The notes beneath the pieces were generated by a model, which saw only the letters and a list, made by a program, of their open reading frames with translations, was not told the DNA's origin and made no database searches. The translations under genes and the position numbers were made by a program. Below, piece after piece: positions 1-12,860 of a stretch of DNA of 64,000 bases (positions within the stretch are counted from its first letter, which is position 1; each line of letters starts with the position of its first letter). Source of the DNA: Torpedo marmorata (taxonomy: Eukaryota); the NCBI GenBank assembly GCA_977017645.1, contig OZ360227.1, forward strand, positions 101,742,001-101,806,000, in the 5' to 3' direction.

Positions 1-531
1 TAAACGCAAATAAAATATCTAACTGTAAACTTTTTCTTAGTTAATTAAATGGATTATTACATTATTTACATACTTTTGCAACAAAAGGCCTTTTGCACTT
101 AATTCCCAAAACATCGATTTAGATATTACTAAGTTACATTCTTGGCTATTTATACTAATAACTATCAAGAAATCCGCAATTATCGAAACACATTTACGCC
201 CCGGGAGAAAGAAAATAAATAATATGTTGATAAATAAATGAACACATTTGCAAATTATGTGCCTTTACAAACCGGATGCACTTTCAGGTCTAATTCTCCT
301 CTTTGGTTTAATTTAAATTGAGACAATTGTCCTATGGGTTTAATGTGGGCCACTTGACATTCACAACTGCACATCGTTCCTAATATTTTCGGAAATGAGA
401 TGGAATTAGGATCCAATTTTGATTATTACATTTTATTTATTAAACCAAATATTTATTGTCGTTTAAACATTTTAATTGAATTGCCCACGATTAACTGAAC
501 AATTCTGCCTATCTCTCTATCAGTTATTAAT

Positions 532-582
<51 letters not shown>

Positions 583-583
583 C

Positions 584-616
<33 letters not shown>
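532..616. repeat. (GATA)n microsatellite
   Basis: About 21 units with one interruption, ~400 bp 3' of the HoxD10 stop. Confidence 0.97.
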
Positions 617-617
<1 letters not shown>

Positions 618-1013
618 GCGAGCAACTGACACATGCATATAAAAAGGAATTTTTCATTAGGTCCCCATCGTACTTTTCAGAAATGGGGCAATGAGTTTAG
701 TAATTGCAATTAAGACTTCAAACCGTGCTCTGAAGAACAGCAATCTTTTCTCAAATTGTACGAAAACCGTATCATGTCAACTAACTTAAACTTTTCCTGC
801 CAAGCAAAGTAAATTATTCGATGGAATGTTCTTTAAAGGAAATATTCTTGCCAAGGTAAACGTGCTATTGTTCCTTCAGAGAACCACGACGCAAAAACAT
901 TGAGATCAGAATTATCGATAATATCTCAGTGGATAAACAGGTTAATTCCACAATACCCAGTAAGCCACTACAATATCAAATGTGTTGTATCACTTCGAAT
1001 TCGTGCTTCAGGT

Positions 1014-1285
1014 TCATGAGAAGGTTTGGTTCGTGGTCAGTTCTCGAATTCGGTTTTCCCTGCTCATTTTCTTCAGCTTCATTCTACGATTTTGAAACCA
1101 GATCTTCACTTGTCTGTCGGTCAGATTCACGCTCTTACTTATCTCCAGACGGCGCTCACGAGTCAGATACATGTTAAATAAAAATTCTTTCTCTAATTCC
1201 AGTGTTTGATGTTTGGTATAAGGACATCTCTTTTTCCTTCCACTATTTGCTGTTAGCCAGTTGCTTATCGGAGTTTTGGTCTCTT
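1014..1285 (-). CDS. HOXD10: HoxD10 exon 2 (homeobox); spliced protein 336 aa
   Basis: Not in the ORF track. Hand translation after acceptor ttcttatag|: [90 protein letters not shown]. Phase matches exon 1; EISKSVNL is HoxD10-like. Confidence 0.96.
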
Positions 1286-1353
1286 CTATAAGAAGTAAGA
1301 AACAAGAAATGAGACTTTAGCAAATTATGTTATTTTTATTATTATTAGAAAAG

Positions 1354-1461
1354 TACTTTGATGAAGGGCTCAATCCCGAAACGTCGGTTATGTATTTTTA
1401 TTTTTGCTATATAAAGGACACTGTTTGACCTGCTGAGTTTCTCCAGCATTGTGTTTTTACA
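1354..1461 (+). mobile_element. Short 3' fragment of a Penelope-like element in the HoxD10 intron
   Basis: tactttgatgaagggctcaatcccgaaacgtcggttatgta...ctgctgagtttctccagcattgtgttt is nearly identical to 31030-31135 and 62130-62230. Confidence 0.88.
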
Positions 1462-2478
1462 GTGCAATGTATTTGAATATATGTTATTGAGATTCAAGAG
1501 AAAAGTGCGTCACTGTTAGATGTCTGCAGATTGTAGGCAACCATTTTTGGCAAATTGTTAAAACAATATCGACACAATTTGTAACAATTCAATAATAAAG
1601 ATGTTTTCATTGAGTAAGATAATTGGAAAATATATTTCGGAGTTTGTAAATAGCAATGCAAAATTCCATGCTTATTAATTTGCACAATTTAGCAGATATT
1701 TATGAACCTCCAAATAAGTAACTAATTCAAGCGAGCATATTGAATTATCAGGTATTGTTATTACCTATGAACTAAATAGGATACTGTAGGATACAAAGAA
1801 CCGATAGTTTTTTTTTACCAATTACTTCTTTTTCAATTTCGGAATTAAATTGTGATTTTCTAATACCGACAGTACAAATATGCTGACAGTAAGTTCGAAG
1901 GTAAATCTTAATATTAAACGTATCACCAGTGGCGCCCAGAATGTGGCTGAATTCGAATTCGATGGTTGGCAATATTTCAAAATATTTGAACGGAGCTCTT
2001 CCCCACAAGCTATGATAATATGTTATCGATTTAAAGTAAAGTATTCAGGCCTATTAAATAGATAACCGTAACAGAGGCCAGCACTTCTCATTCAACCCTT
2101 CCAAGTCAGAGGGGTTGTAAGTAGTTTACATTCCAAAATTGTGCATGTAAAATTTAAATTGCGTCCTTGGGATTAATATAAAAATATTTACATTTAATAA
2201 ATGTCCCCGCTAGAATTGAAGGTTCGTACAATACCATAAGCAACATCTGTGCTGGAATTTACTATGCCACTAACAATTACATGGTCATTACTGAGCAACA
2301 TTTTCAACCGCTCGTCTTAATATCAAATATGAGCTGTGCATTTAAAATAATAAACAAAAGTCCATACAATTAGTTAAATATATTGCCACAATAAAGTTCA
2401 GCATTATGATGGCAATTTAAGTTTGTGATTGAGCTTTACAATACTGTCATGCTCAAATTAAATCTTTCAAATGCTCAC

Positions 2479-3217
2479 CCTCAGCATCTTTGTCTGACTG
2501 TTCCGAGCCAGACTCGCCCTCTTTCGCGGATGTATTGGCGTCCAATAAACTCGGCTTTGGCTCAGGACTTTTTACATATCGTCCCTTAATGGGTTCCCGT
2601 GCGTTTGGCTTCTCGTTTATTTTCGTTTCCGCTGGACACTGGTTAGACACCTGAAGTTTGCTGATAAACCCAGGATTTGAGCGCGGCACCACATTTGAAC
2701 TGATCTCTCCTGCGTGATTGTAGTCCAGACTTTTCTCCAGTGGGTAAGCCTGGCAAAGTCTGAAATATCCCGGGATGGGAATCTCAGGGTTTTCAACAGG
2801 ACAGCTTTCTGACACCAACCTGGAATAAGTGGTAACTGCGGCAGGATTGATCTTGGCACGTTTATCAGAATTATACATGCAGCAAGTGTTTTCTTCTTTT
2901 ATGCTAGCAGGAAAAGAACACGTGGGTATCTGTGGAGTAACAGGTTGTTCAATTCGGCATGATCTCGAAAGGTCAGCCCAACCGTCTACCTGAGATAAAT
3001 ACGGATGAACGCTCATCGTCATATTTTGATGGGTAATCTCTCCTCGTTTAGTCATGGTCGGGAGCAGTCCACAGGTCTGCATTCCGTAAGTTCCCATATC
3101 AGTACTCGATGGCATGTATCGGGAGCTATTTGAATAGAAGCTATCACCCCTGCAAGCACTAATCAGGGAATCCACTAAAAACGAGTTAGTAGCGGGAGAG
3201 CTATTGGGACATGACAT
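2479..3217 (-). CDS. HOXD10: HoxD10 exon 1
   Basis: Starts [29 protein letters not shown] and contains the Hox10 motif [11 protein letters not shown] at 3217 (the ORF track's TTG start is not used). Donor G|GTGAG at 2478; 739 nt, phase 1. Confidence 0.95.
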
Positions 3218-3309
3218 TTTGGAGAGCAATTTGAAGAAAGCAGATGATGTCCTTTGTAGGCTGACATCTCAAACAAAACATTCCCTGTGTAATTGTGGGA
3301 GCCTTTGCA

Positions 3310-3385
3310 CAGCCACATGACTATCGAGCCAATGGAATTTGAAAGTGGGTTTGAAGCACTACCTCCCCGTACATCACATGATCGG
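3310..3385 (-). promoter_or_regulatory. HoxD10 proximal promoter motifs
   Basis: CACATGAC - CCAAT - TCACATGA arrangement about 100-165 bp upstream of the ATG. A similar GTCATGTGATCCAAT occurs upstream of HoxD11 (13023-13037). Confidence 0.5.
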
Positions 3386-6078
3386 CAGACAGTTGAATTT
3401 GGTCTTAACTGTGGACAACAGCGACACCTACAAATCTAACTCCAAGGAGGCGCCCGCTCCTTTTCATTGCAATCTGCCCACAGATCCTTCAAATCCTTCA
3501 CGCATGCAGATTTCATGTTGTATATTCTCATCCGGATCATCAACGGATTTGTATTCCGATTACTAAAAGTGCAGCAGCATTTTTTAAGGCAACAAAGAAG
3601 TCGATCGATATAAACTAATTACAGCCATTTCTGATCCCCGAGAACCGTAAACGAATGCAGATCAGATTTCTGATACATGTTGAAGTTTTGGAAATCATTG
3701 TATGCTGTGTACCTTATTTTTATGTAGAATTAGTCCGATCATGCAGCATTTTGATTTTGAACTACAGTATTGTGTTGTGAAGTCGATGAATGGAATCAAC
3801 ATTTGAATTCTTATTGCTATTTATCGGTAGGGTTCTTGTGGAACTATGTAATCATATCACAGCTGCAAACATATAAAAATGTTTCTTGCAACTTAAACCA
3901 AATCTTCATGAGAGAAAACAATGACTGCAGCAGTGCTCGCCCACTTCACGCCCTCACCAGGGTGGACCTCGATTCTTTCCATGACGCAATTATCAATGCT
4001 GAGTAAAATAGAAGCACGCCTCGGGGTGACAAGGCACAATTCTTAAATGCAGTTCTTTCTTGCGAAAATTCGCACATACATTTAAAATTTAAGACTATGA
4101 CGGAGGAAGCGCCACGTTTGCGGTGCATCTAATTAATTTGCTGGGGCAGGCGCTCGGGGTTTATTGCATTATTCTAAAACGCTCTCACTTCAGGTCACGT
4201 TCTTACCATGTCTCCTTGTCGCAGGTGTGTAGGTTCGTCAATGACGTTTCGTAGAAACATTTTCAAAAATAGGACGAAAACGTTTCCAAATCCCCATGTC
4301 AAAACATCATGAAATATAACAGAAAAGCTATCAAAATGTTTTCCTGCTTTCTACCTTTCAATGTTTATTGAATTCCGCTTGACTAATGCTCTTGCAATGT
4401 GTGCTGTGATTTTTCTGATTTTTCTGCGTATCTCGAGGCACTTTTACCATTCGCGCATATACCATTGGGAGAATCTGCTCGGTGGGCATCAGCTATGGCC
4501 GAGCAATTTGACACCCATATAACACGACGAAATTTCCTCCTTCACACAAAGAAGTGAGGTCGACAGTGTCAGGGTCAAGGTTGTCACAGATGCGTCATTT
4601 CTTTTATTTTGTAATGTAACTCCACTGTGAAATTGATTCAGCGTGTTATGAATTTCAGTCTTGCATGAAACATTTAAAATTGTACGAATAATTACAGTGA
4701 CCGTTAATAATAAAGAACACGCATGGATCATGCGTGCCACACACAAATGGATACAATTTTTAGTTGATAATCCGCTGTGATATACTTAAAAATTATATTT
4801 GTAATTTAACGTTTGCACTCTATTGTTTTTTTTAATCAATTCTACTTCACTTGAGCATTCTAGGTTCAATGTCCGTTATGCTCACAGCTATTCTAAGTCA
4901 GAACGTAACTTCCTTCGCAGCGGCCAGATGTTATACAGCACAATTCACTCATACCAAGTATTCAATCCGATAAGTATTTGCAACGAAATCTGGACCCTAG
5001 AGTGTTTATTATGGCGCTAAGGGTTATTTATCTCTGAAATAACTTACTGTTCCCAAAAACAAAATTTATCCTGGAAAAGGAATTCCAAAAAAAACACGGA
5101 AATACTCTGGAAATTTTTTTCTTTCCAAACAAAATAATTTGATTAAGTCTTTAAAAGCCACATGAAATAAAGGGGTATGTAGTGCATGAAGTTGAGACCG
5201 GATAAGTCTGGTATTGTTGGTAATTTCGTCATTGATAATGTTCATATAACGATTTAATGCTCTTATGTAAAACCTGTTTCTAAGCAAGGGCAAAAGCAAC
5301 AGTACAAATGGAAATATTCCTTCACTTAATGCTTTCGGACTTCAGCCGCAAACATGGGATTAACCATAAAATACAATGGCAAAACAGATCAATGCAATTT
5401 ACGATTCACGTCTTTATTATTTAATCCGTTATCAATTCGTAACTACCTCAAACCTTACATTCCTCAACTTAAATATTAACAATTTATATCTCAGTAAAGT
5501 GTTCCATGCTCGATCAATGCAGCCGAGCAGACGTTACGGATACCATTCAGTAAACACACTTAGGGAGTACGACTATACCAAGAATATGATGCTTAAATGA
5601 GAATCGCAGTTGTTTGCGTACATAAGCAATCGTTTATTTCAACTATATTTCCAATGTCGCTTATTAGCGATGTTATTAAGATGGTGGCGAGTTAATAAGT
5701 ATTCTGAAGCATTTAATCAAGCAACCGTGATTTTGGAAGTTCTACGTTAAGAACTAATGCTGCACTATTTCCAGACAACAGATGCGTTGCTGAGCCTTGA
5801 AAGACAGCTAACTAGGCGTCTGGTAGCCCGCACAATACAAAACTGCTTTTATTCGCAAATTGCGATGTCAAACTTTTGCAGCCTTCAATAGAAGCGATTA
5901 ATTAAACTTAAAGCAGACCACGCATAGTTTAAAAGTATTTTCACCACGAAGTCTTCCTTTTCCACCCAATGCAAGGCCATTCGCTGTTTGCGGCGTTCCG
6001 GGCCTATATTATTTCAGTTAGTTTTGCTCAAACGGTGGTAAAATGAAGCAACATTAGTGTCCGTAATATTAAGACATA

Positions 6079-6223
6079 NNNNNNNNNNNNNNNNNNNNNN
6101 NNNNNNNNNNNNNNNNNNNNNNNNNNNNNNNNNNNNNNNNNNNNNNNNNNNNNNNNNNNNNNNNNNNNNNNNNNNNNNNNNNNNNNNNNNNNNNNNNNNN
6201 NNNNNNNNNNNNNNNNNNNNNNN
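6079..6223. other. Assembly gap
   Basis: Run of N. Confidence 0.99.
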
Positions 6224-9200
6224 GTAGGAAATATTTTAATTTTATAAAGCAATGTTAACATTTGTTTGTACAGTTATTGCTTATTTACAAGCTAATTCTT
6301 TTGATATGTTTAGTAAAACAAATATTAGTTGATTATTTTGTGGATCAAACTTTAAACGGCATTGCAGCAATCACCAAAGATTGCATGCCAACTGACAAAA
6401 TACCTTATTTTTTTATCACGAAATTCGAAAATATATAGACCAACTGCTAATTTCAGTTAACTCAAATAATATTGTGCCTGTAAATTTGTATCCTAAAATC
6501 CCTGGAATTAATTTTTAAATCTCATACAATCTTACAATCATACTGGAATTAACGGCCATGTATTCTTTGAAATATAAAGATTGGTATAGTATAAAACTGT
6601 GGTTATCATCCGGTTATACTCGTCGAACCTATAGCCAAGTTTTAGCAAAGGAATTATTGTATTAGTATTATTTACAGAATATTGCCAGATAGTGAAGTGA
6701 CTGATTAGTCTCCAAACTACACTTCTACGTTTAATAACATAGTTAAAAGCTGTTTATGGGATAAACGTTACATACAAATCCTCTTTAAATTAGTTCTAAT
6801 GATGGAGCTTAATTAAAATCTCGTAATACTTTAAAGTGCCAATGTGGGATGGGTTTTGCTGGAAGGGTTTATATGATAGCAGCTAAATGGATATTAGAGA
6901 TACACAGGAACATAAAGGCAACTATATTATGCCTGCAACGATTTACAAAGAGTTTTCATTCTCCCTCACTGAATGCAACTAACTGCTTATATAATAATAA
7001 TTATACTGACAATATATATAATGCAGACAATTTCTCCAAAAATGTTGGTCGAATAATTTTAAATGATTGCGTTTTAGGTCGAACAAAAATATATTTTGCT
7101 TCCTCATGAAACAATGTCCCTATATTTTTGGAGGTGTGCATTTCTCTTGATTTCCCCATTAACGTGGTTTATGATCCAAACACTGCCCACCACTAGTATA
7201 CTTAATTTTCACTTTAATTTTTTTTATTATTTTCCAGATTCAACGTTATTATCATAATAATTTTGCCATACGTTTTTCTTTCTGCTTACACATAAATGTA
7301 GAAAGGGTTGTATGAAAATTTCCCTTCTCATCTGAATATTCCAGAAACATCCGGCTAAAATGCATGTTAAGCGTTAGTCAGTACCACTGCAGTTTTCTTT
7401 AACAAACTTTCCTTTGATGTTACCACCTGTACATACTGAGGAAACATTTTTGTTCATTCGAATGTTTTCAGTTAAAGTGTGACTGAAAGCCAATTTATCG
7501 CGTATATGGCTGCTGCTTTCATAATGCTTGACTACAAATTGCAAATTACTAACAACACAACTCCTCATATTTAAATCTATTTACTCGTTGTCACGTTAAA
7601 TTAACTGTTGCAATTTTTGCTATCACTAAACCATCGCAGATATAACTGACTAGATTATTAATGTTTCAAATTATATAAATCTATACATCTCCCCCGATAA
7701 AACACACACAGCATTTTATGACCTTGTAAAATGAACTGGCAGAAAAAAATAAACTCTTTCAGAAGAGTTTCTCGTTATTTTAAACCAAAAGCAATGTTTT
7801 AGGAGAACAGAGAAATCGAAAATATGTTCCAACAACATTTGACTAAAATGTGCGGGCATGAAGGAATGATATTCGCTCAGCATGAACTTGTCGGCTTTGT
7901 CATGAGAAAAAGAAACACGGCCAGACTATGGTCAGAGGCTCGTTAGCGTGGACCGGGTGTGAAAAAAAATTACACAATTAATACACATATGTTATTAGAG
8001 TGGGAGCGGATATTACCGTTATTTACTCTTATCAGCTACTGCATATTCAGAAATATGTTACAGAGCTCCCTTTTACAAAAGATATTAAAATCATTTTCTT
8101 GTATACAATATAGATGATCAACTTCTAAAACTAATCTTAATTTCAAAGAATGATGAAAATTTCCTATATTAAATATTCCAGCGCATTGTACGTTTGATTG
8201 CACTTGAACAATTTACGGAATATTGCCAGAATTATCTAGATCGCTATAACTTATAGTATTGGTCTTTATTGTCAGTGACAAAAGTCGGCAGCTGCAATTC
8301 TGCATTGCTAAGTACATGTTTCATGAAATATTTCCACTTTGCAAAAGGGAGGAATTCAGGACCCAAAACGATGTAAAATCGCCTTTTCTCTTTTAATTAG
8401 GGAAATGAATATGGCAGTTAAACATACACTCGTTATCGAAATGTATTATACAAACTTCATCACTATCTATTTTATAATTTTGTAGGCCATTCTGATTGCG
8501 GGGAAGCGCCAAGGAGGGATCCTGGAGAAGTCATTAGAAAGCAGTGAGTCCAAAAGTGCGCTGCTGTTTCAACCGGCTACATCAGAAGATTGTGAATACT
8601 GCTTAGCACTTGTCTGATAGATTTAACGATTTCCACATATTGCTAAATTGTCTTATTGGAAGTTCAAATTAACGATATCATGTTCTCTGTATTTATAATG
8701 CGCATGCACAATTATAAGAAGCTGTTAGATAAATAATTCAACAAGTCTGGTTTGGGTTTCATACTGCACGTTACAAAATCTTTGTTTCGGCCTCATGAAT
8801 GTAACTTCTATACTTCTGCATCCAACAAATCTGATCAAAGAGTTTTAAAAATACACTGATTAAAAAAAATTAACATGTCCCTCCGAATAATATTAATGGA
8901 ACATTTAGGAACATTTATGTTGCACTCATTACAGAGAGAACTTAGCTGTTTTTTCGAAGCGAACTCTAAACCAAAACCGATGAAAATAAATCGCAGTCTA
9001 TAATGTATTTAATTAATCAATACCTTCTTCGGCCTGCTGTTCCAAATATCTCACGGCAACGAGACGAACTTTACGGCTTCCAAGGCTTAACATTATTTCA
9101 GTTGATGTCATGGTCATCCCCGAAAGCCACTGCCATGGACCTTGACGACAACTCCGGTCGGTCGCGAGCTGTAGTGCGCCTCCATGTGGTTTTTTTTATG

Positions 9201-11477
9201 AAAGCAACCATCTTTGGTAATGCTAAGTGCATCACTGTAAATTCTTCTCTTTGTTCAGTCGTGATTTCAGCTTAATCCAATATTATTATGTATGTTATAA
9301 GTTATTGCAGACAGATATGCAAGCAATAACCTTGCGCATAGACCAGAAGAATACTTTACAAGGATATAGAACAAGTCATAGGGTCAGATTTTTGTTGAAA
9401 ATTTCACCAGTCATAAATTACATTTTCTCCCATTTCCATGGAAACCAAGATCCTCGCGGATGATTGGTGTAGTGTACAGGCGATACGATGTATATTTTGA
9501 CCCGTTCAGCTGGCATGTAAATGATCGATACTATATTTAAGCAATAAGAAATGCAAAAAGATATTCGAATTAATGTTGCATACTACCGATGTAGAGTATT
9601 GTTGAATGGAATATTTGGAAAACACAACGCTTAGCAATAACAGAGAATTGTTTCACATTTTACTAGTTGAGTTTTTAAGCATGTGTACTTATTTATAATG
9701 TTATAAATAATGGAGTTTCTGTTTTACTTTGGTAGGAAATTTTTAAGATCAACCCAACAGTCACCAGGCGCCTTTGTCTTCACAAAGGTTAAAGGTGTTG
9801 ACCTTGACATCAGAGAAGTTCAACGGCAACATGATAAGCATCCTCGTCACGAAATATGCTTTAGTATGCTCACGAGACGACACTGCTTTCAGAGCACCAT
9901 CCTGGCCTTCATTACGTTTAACATATTAGCTTGACGTGATTTATGCACGATCCAGTTTTTTAAAAACTTTTTTTCAAATGTTAAACTTTATAAATGTAAT
10001 TGGCTATGTATTTTCTTCCTTTTTAAAAGCATCTAGTTGTTCCTATTTACTTTTATTTTCCTCGATCCTTTGTTTGGTAGAAGGCCATCTTAGTGGCTAC
10101 ATGGTGCAATAAGTCGCTATGAAGCTGTTTCGAGCAGTGAACTTTACGATGTTGTCTAGACAGTTCAAGGTTTTGTAAACAACAATGCTATGTCATGCGG
10201 CACCGAAATTTGGCAATTCTTTTTCGAAGAATTTTGTGAAGCTTTACTCGCTCTTCTTCTAGTCTCCGATGTGAACTTCAAGTTGTCCAATTTATGTGTA
10301 TATTTAAGCGCCCCCCTTCTGCTGGAATTCAACTAATTTTGCACATCTGCTGCTATTTGTCTTTACTTCTTCACAAGCAACCGAAATAGATCTATCAATT
10401 AATTTCTAGTTACTATCTGGAAATAATATGAATGTAATTTTAAAAAAAAAAATCAAATTACAACTACTATGATGTCTCCAAGAAAAAAAAAACGTAGTTT
10501 AACACATGACTTTTCATTTATAATAAAAGTGATCAAATAGCAGCGTTTATGTTTCCATTTTCGTTTCAAGGCTGCATCCTAAATGGCTGCTCGCCGAAAC
10601 ATGAAACATAAGAACCAGGGATGTACATGCTGAATATAGTCAGGAGATTAGCAATATGAATTCTATTCGGGTTCCCGTTATTTTGCCATTAATCCAATAG
10701 ACTATAATGTTTGCTTTTCGTTGAATTTCAGAACTTCAAAAATAATGGTGTGATTTGAATGTGGGGTCTGAAATCTGGAACCATTTGCACCGGATTTTCT
10801 TTTAAAAATGTAAGTGGGCATGAAAAACGTTTTATTTGAAATATTTCGAACAACATTTTTATTAATTTAGAAAGGAAAGACATCTTATCACATGCGTTTA
10901 ACATGAAATGTCAACTAGTGTGTATTCCGGAAACATTATTATTAAAATCACATCTCGTCCCTCGCTACAGTATATTATCATTAACTCGTGCCATAGAATA
11001 CAAAAGTAGAGTAATAAATATGCATTTCTTCTTTTCATCAGAATACACAATTAAACAATTCTGGGTGGTTTCACAATACGTTGACACAAAAAAGAAATAG
11101 ATCATATTATCTGATTGACCATCGCCGTTAACTAATAATATTCTATTTTTGCCATTGGCTACCCCGATTTATTGTTTAAAACGAAATACTGCTTATTTGT
11201 CCTGAATATCCCGCGCCGCAGAATCAAGCTGCTTCCCTTGGGAGGAAATAACATGAATGCTGAGGTAACAATGTTCCCTAATTAATATTACGCCCATGTT
11301 ATCTGCACCACCACGTCACCTCAAATCCAATTCTTTGTCAATCATTTAACCTGGTTTCCACGTAAGAACAGCAGAACTCTTCCATCAAACTTGCAGCCCA
11401 TCCTTGTGGAAATGAATATTGATTAAGGCAATGAAGAGTAGGTCAAAGGGAATCCATCGGTGTAAACTGTATCATAG

Positions 11478-11710
11478 TCACAATAAAGGATTACCAGTAA
11501 AAAAGTGCAGGCGGTCTCTGCTAAATTTCTTTTCTTTCATTCTCCGATTCTGGAACCATATTTTAACTTGTCGGTCGGTGAGGTTTAACAATCTCGACAA
11601 TTGCAAGCGTTTTTCTTTGTTTATGTAGACATTGAAGAAAAATTCTCGCTCAAGTTCCCGGATCTGATATTTGGTGTAAGGACATCGTTTCTTTCTGGAT
11701 CGCAGCGCAG
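11478..11710 (-). CDS. HOXD11: HoxD11 exon 2 (homeobox); spliced protein 281 aa
   Basis: Acceptor tttccatcag|; encodes [57 protein letters not shown]...FTGNPLL*. Confidence 0.96.
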
Positions 11711-12247
11711 CTGATGGAAAAGTGTTCAAAGAGTTACAAATGATCTTCTACCAAATGGGCGACATTTTAATTTCCTTGTGCCTGGCTAAAATCGATATGA
11801 AATGGAGCAAAACTAAATTATTCTATTTGACTATACCTCGCGATCACTAATTAATCTTCATAAATATATTTAATATATATACTGTATTGAAATGCGTTCT
11901 TATTAATTTCTCGTGCTGTGATATTTATATTGAAAGCAAAGTAGCAGAAATGAACCCTGAGCGAAGCTTTGTCTTGTTTGTACGAACAAATGGATTCACA
12001 AATAAAAAAACAGAAATAACTGCTGGACAAATAACAATAACACAGAAATTATTGTAATAACTTAAAATCGAGTATTCATCATTTTGCATATTCAAAGAGC
12101 CCACCTAATCTGATTTCCAATCGTAAACAACCTTTACGGCTTTAAACAGATATTATAGGGTATATAAAATCCTGCATCTGGTTATAAAATTTCACATAAA
12201 ATTTGTGAGACAAAATGTGTTGGCCCTGTGTTCTAACCCTAGGTTAC

Positions 12248-12860
12248 CACTGCACCTACTGGATAGGCTGCTTTTGTCGGACGCGCTGGTACCGGATGAC
12301 TCGCCTGTGTTCTTTTCGGTTGCATTTTCTTTCATCTGACCCAAGGAAACTTTATCAGATGTTGTAATGCTCTGGCACGTAGACACGGACTTCTCGGTCA
12401 ACTGTTCAGAATTAGAAGAGTCAGAAATCCCATAGTCTGTCTCAAAAAACTGATCAAAACCTTGCGGGAGTATTCCATTCCTGCCAACTGTGGTGTAGAA
12501 ATTGCAAGATGGATTTGAGCTTGCGTGCTGACTGTATATGTTATCACTTTTAAACAACATTCCCGTTCTGACCGGTGGCTGGATATAATCTCTGTGCATT
12601 ATCTCTTCTGCCGAGCAATAAGGAGTATAGTTGCTCCTGTAATGCCATTTAGTTGGATGTTCTATCCCGTAATCTCTGAACGACATTTCTCGAACAGGTT
12701 GAATTTGAGCTAAATTAGAGTAAGGAAATGTCATTTGGCAAGAATTTGTCTGCGGTAAGAACGTTGACACTGCCGAAAAATCTTGGGCTGAAACATAGTA
12801 CGTGCAGCTGGGTAGGTACATGCTCGAGTTGCAGCTACCACGGTCTTCAAACTCAGTCAT
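12248..12860 (-). CDS. HOXD11: HoxD11 exon 1
   Basis: MTEFEDRGSCNSSMYLPSCTYYVS...VREMSFRDY...VGRNGILPQGFDQFF are Hox11 N-terminal motifs. Donor G|GTAACC at 12247; 613 nt, phase 1. An in-frame upstream ATG at 12914 could add 18 aa. Confidence 0.94.

Noticed and set aside
453-638. ORF with YLSI repeats (also 33985-34263)
   Set aside because: Translation of (TATC)n microsatellites.
1-1013. Possible miR-196 hairpin 3' of HoxD10
   Set aside because: No TAGGTAGTT mature sequence seen on either strand in this stretch.
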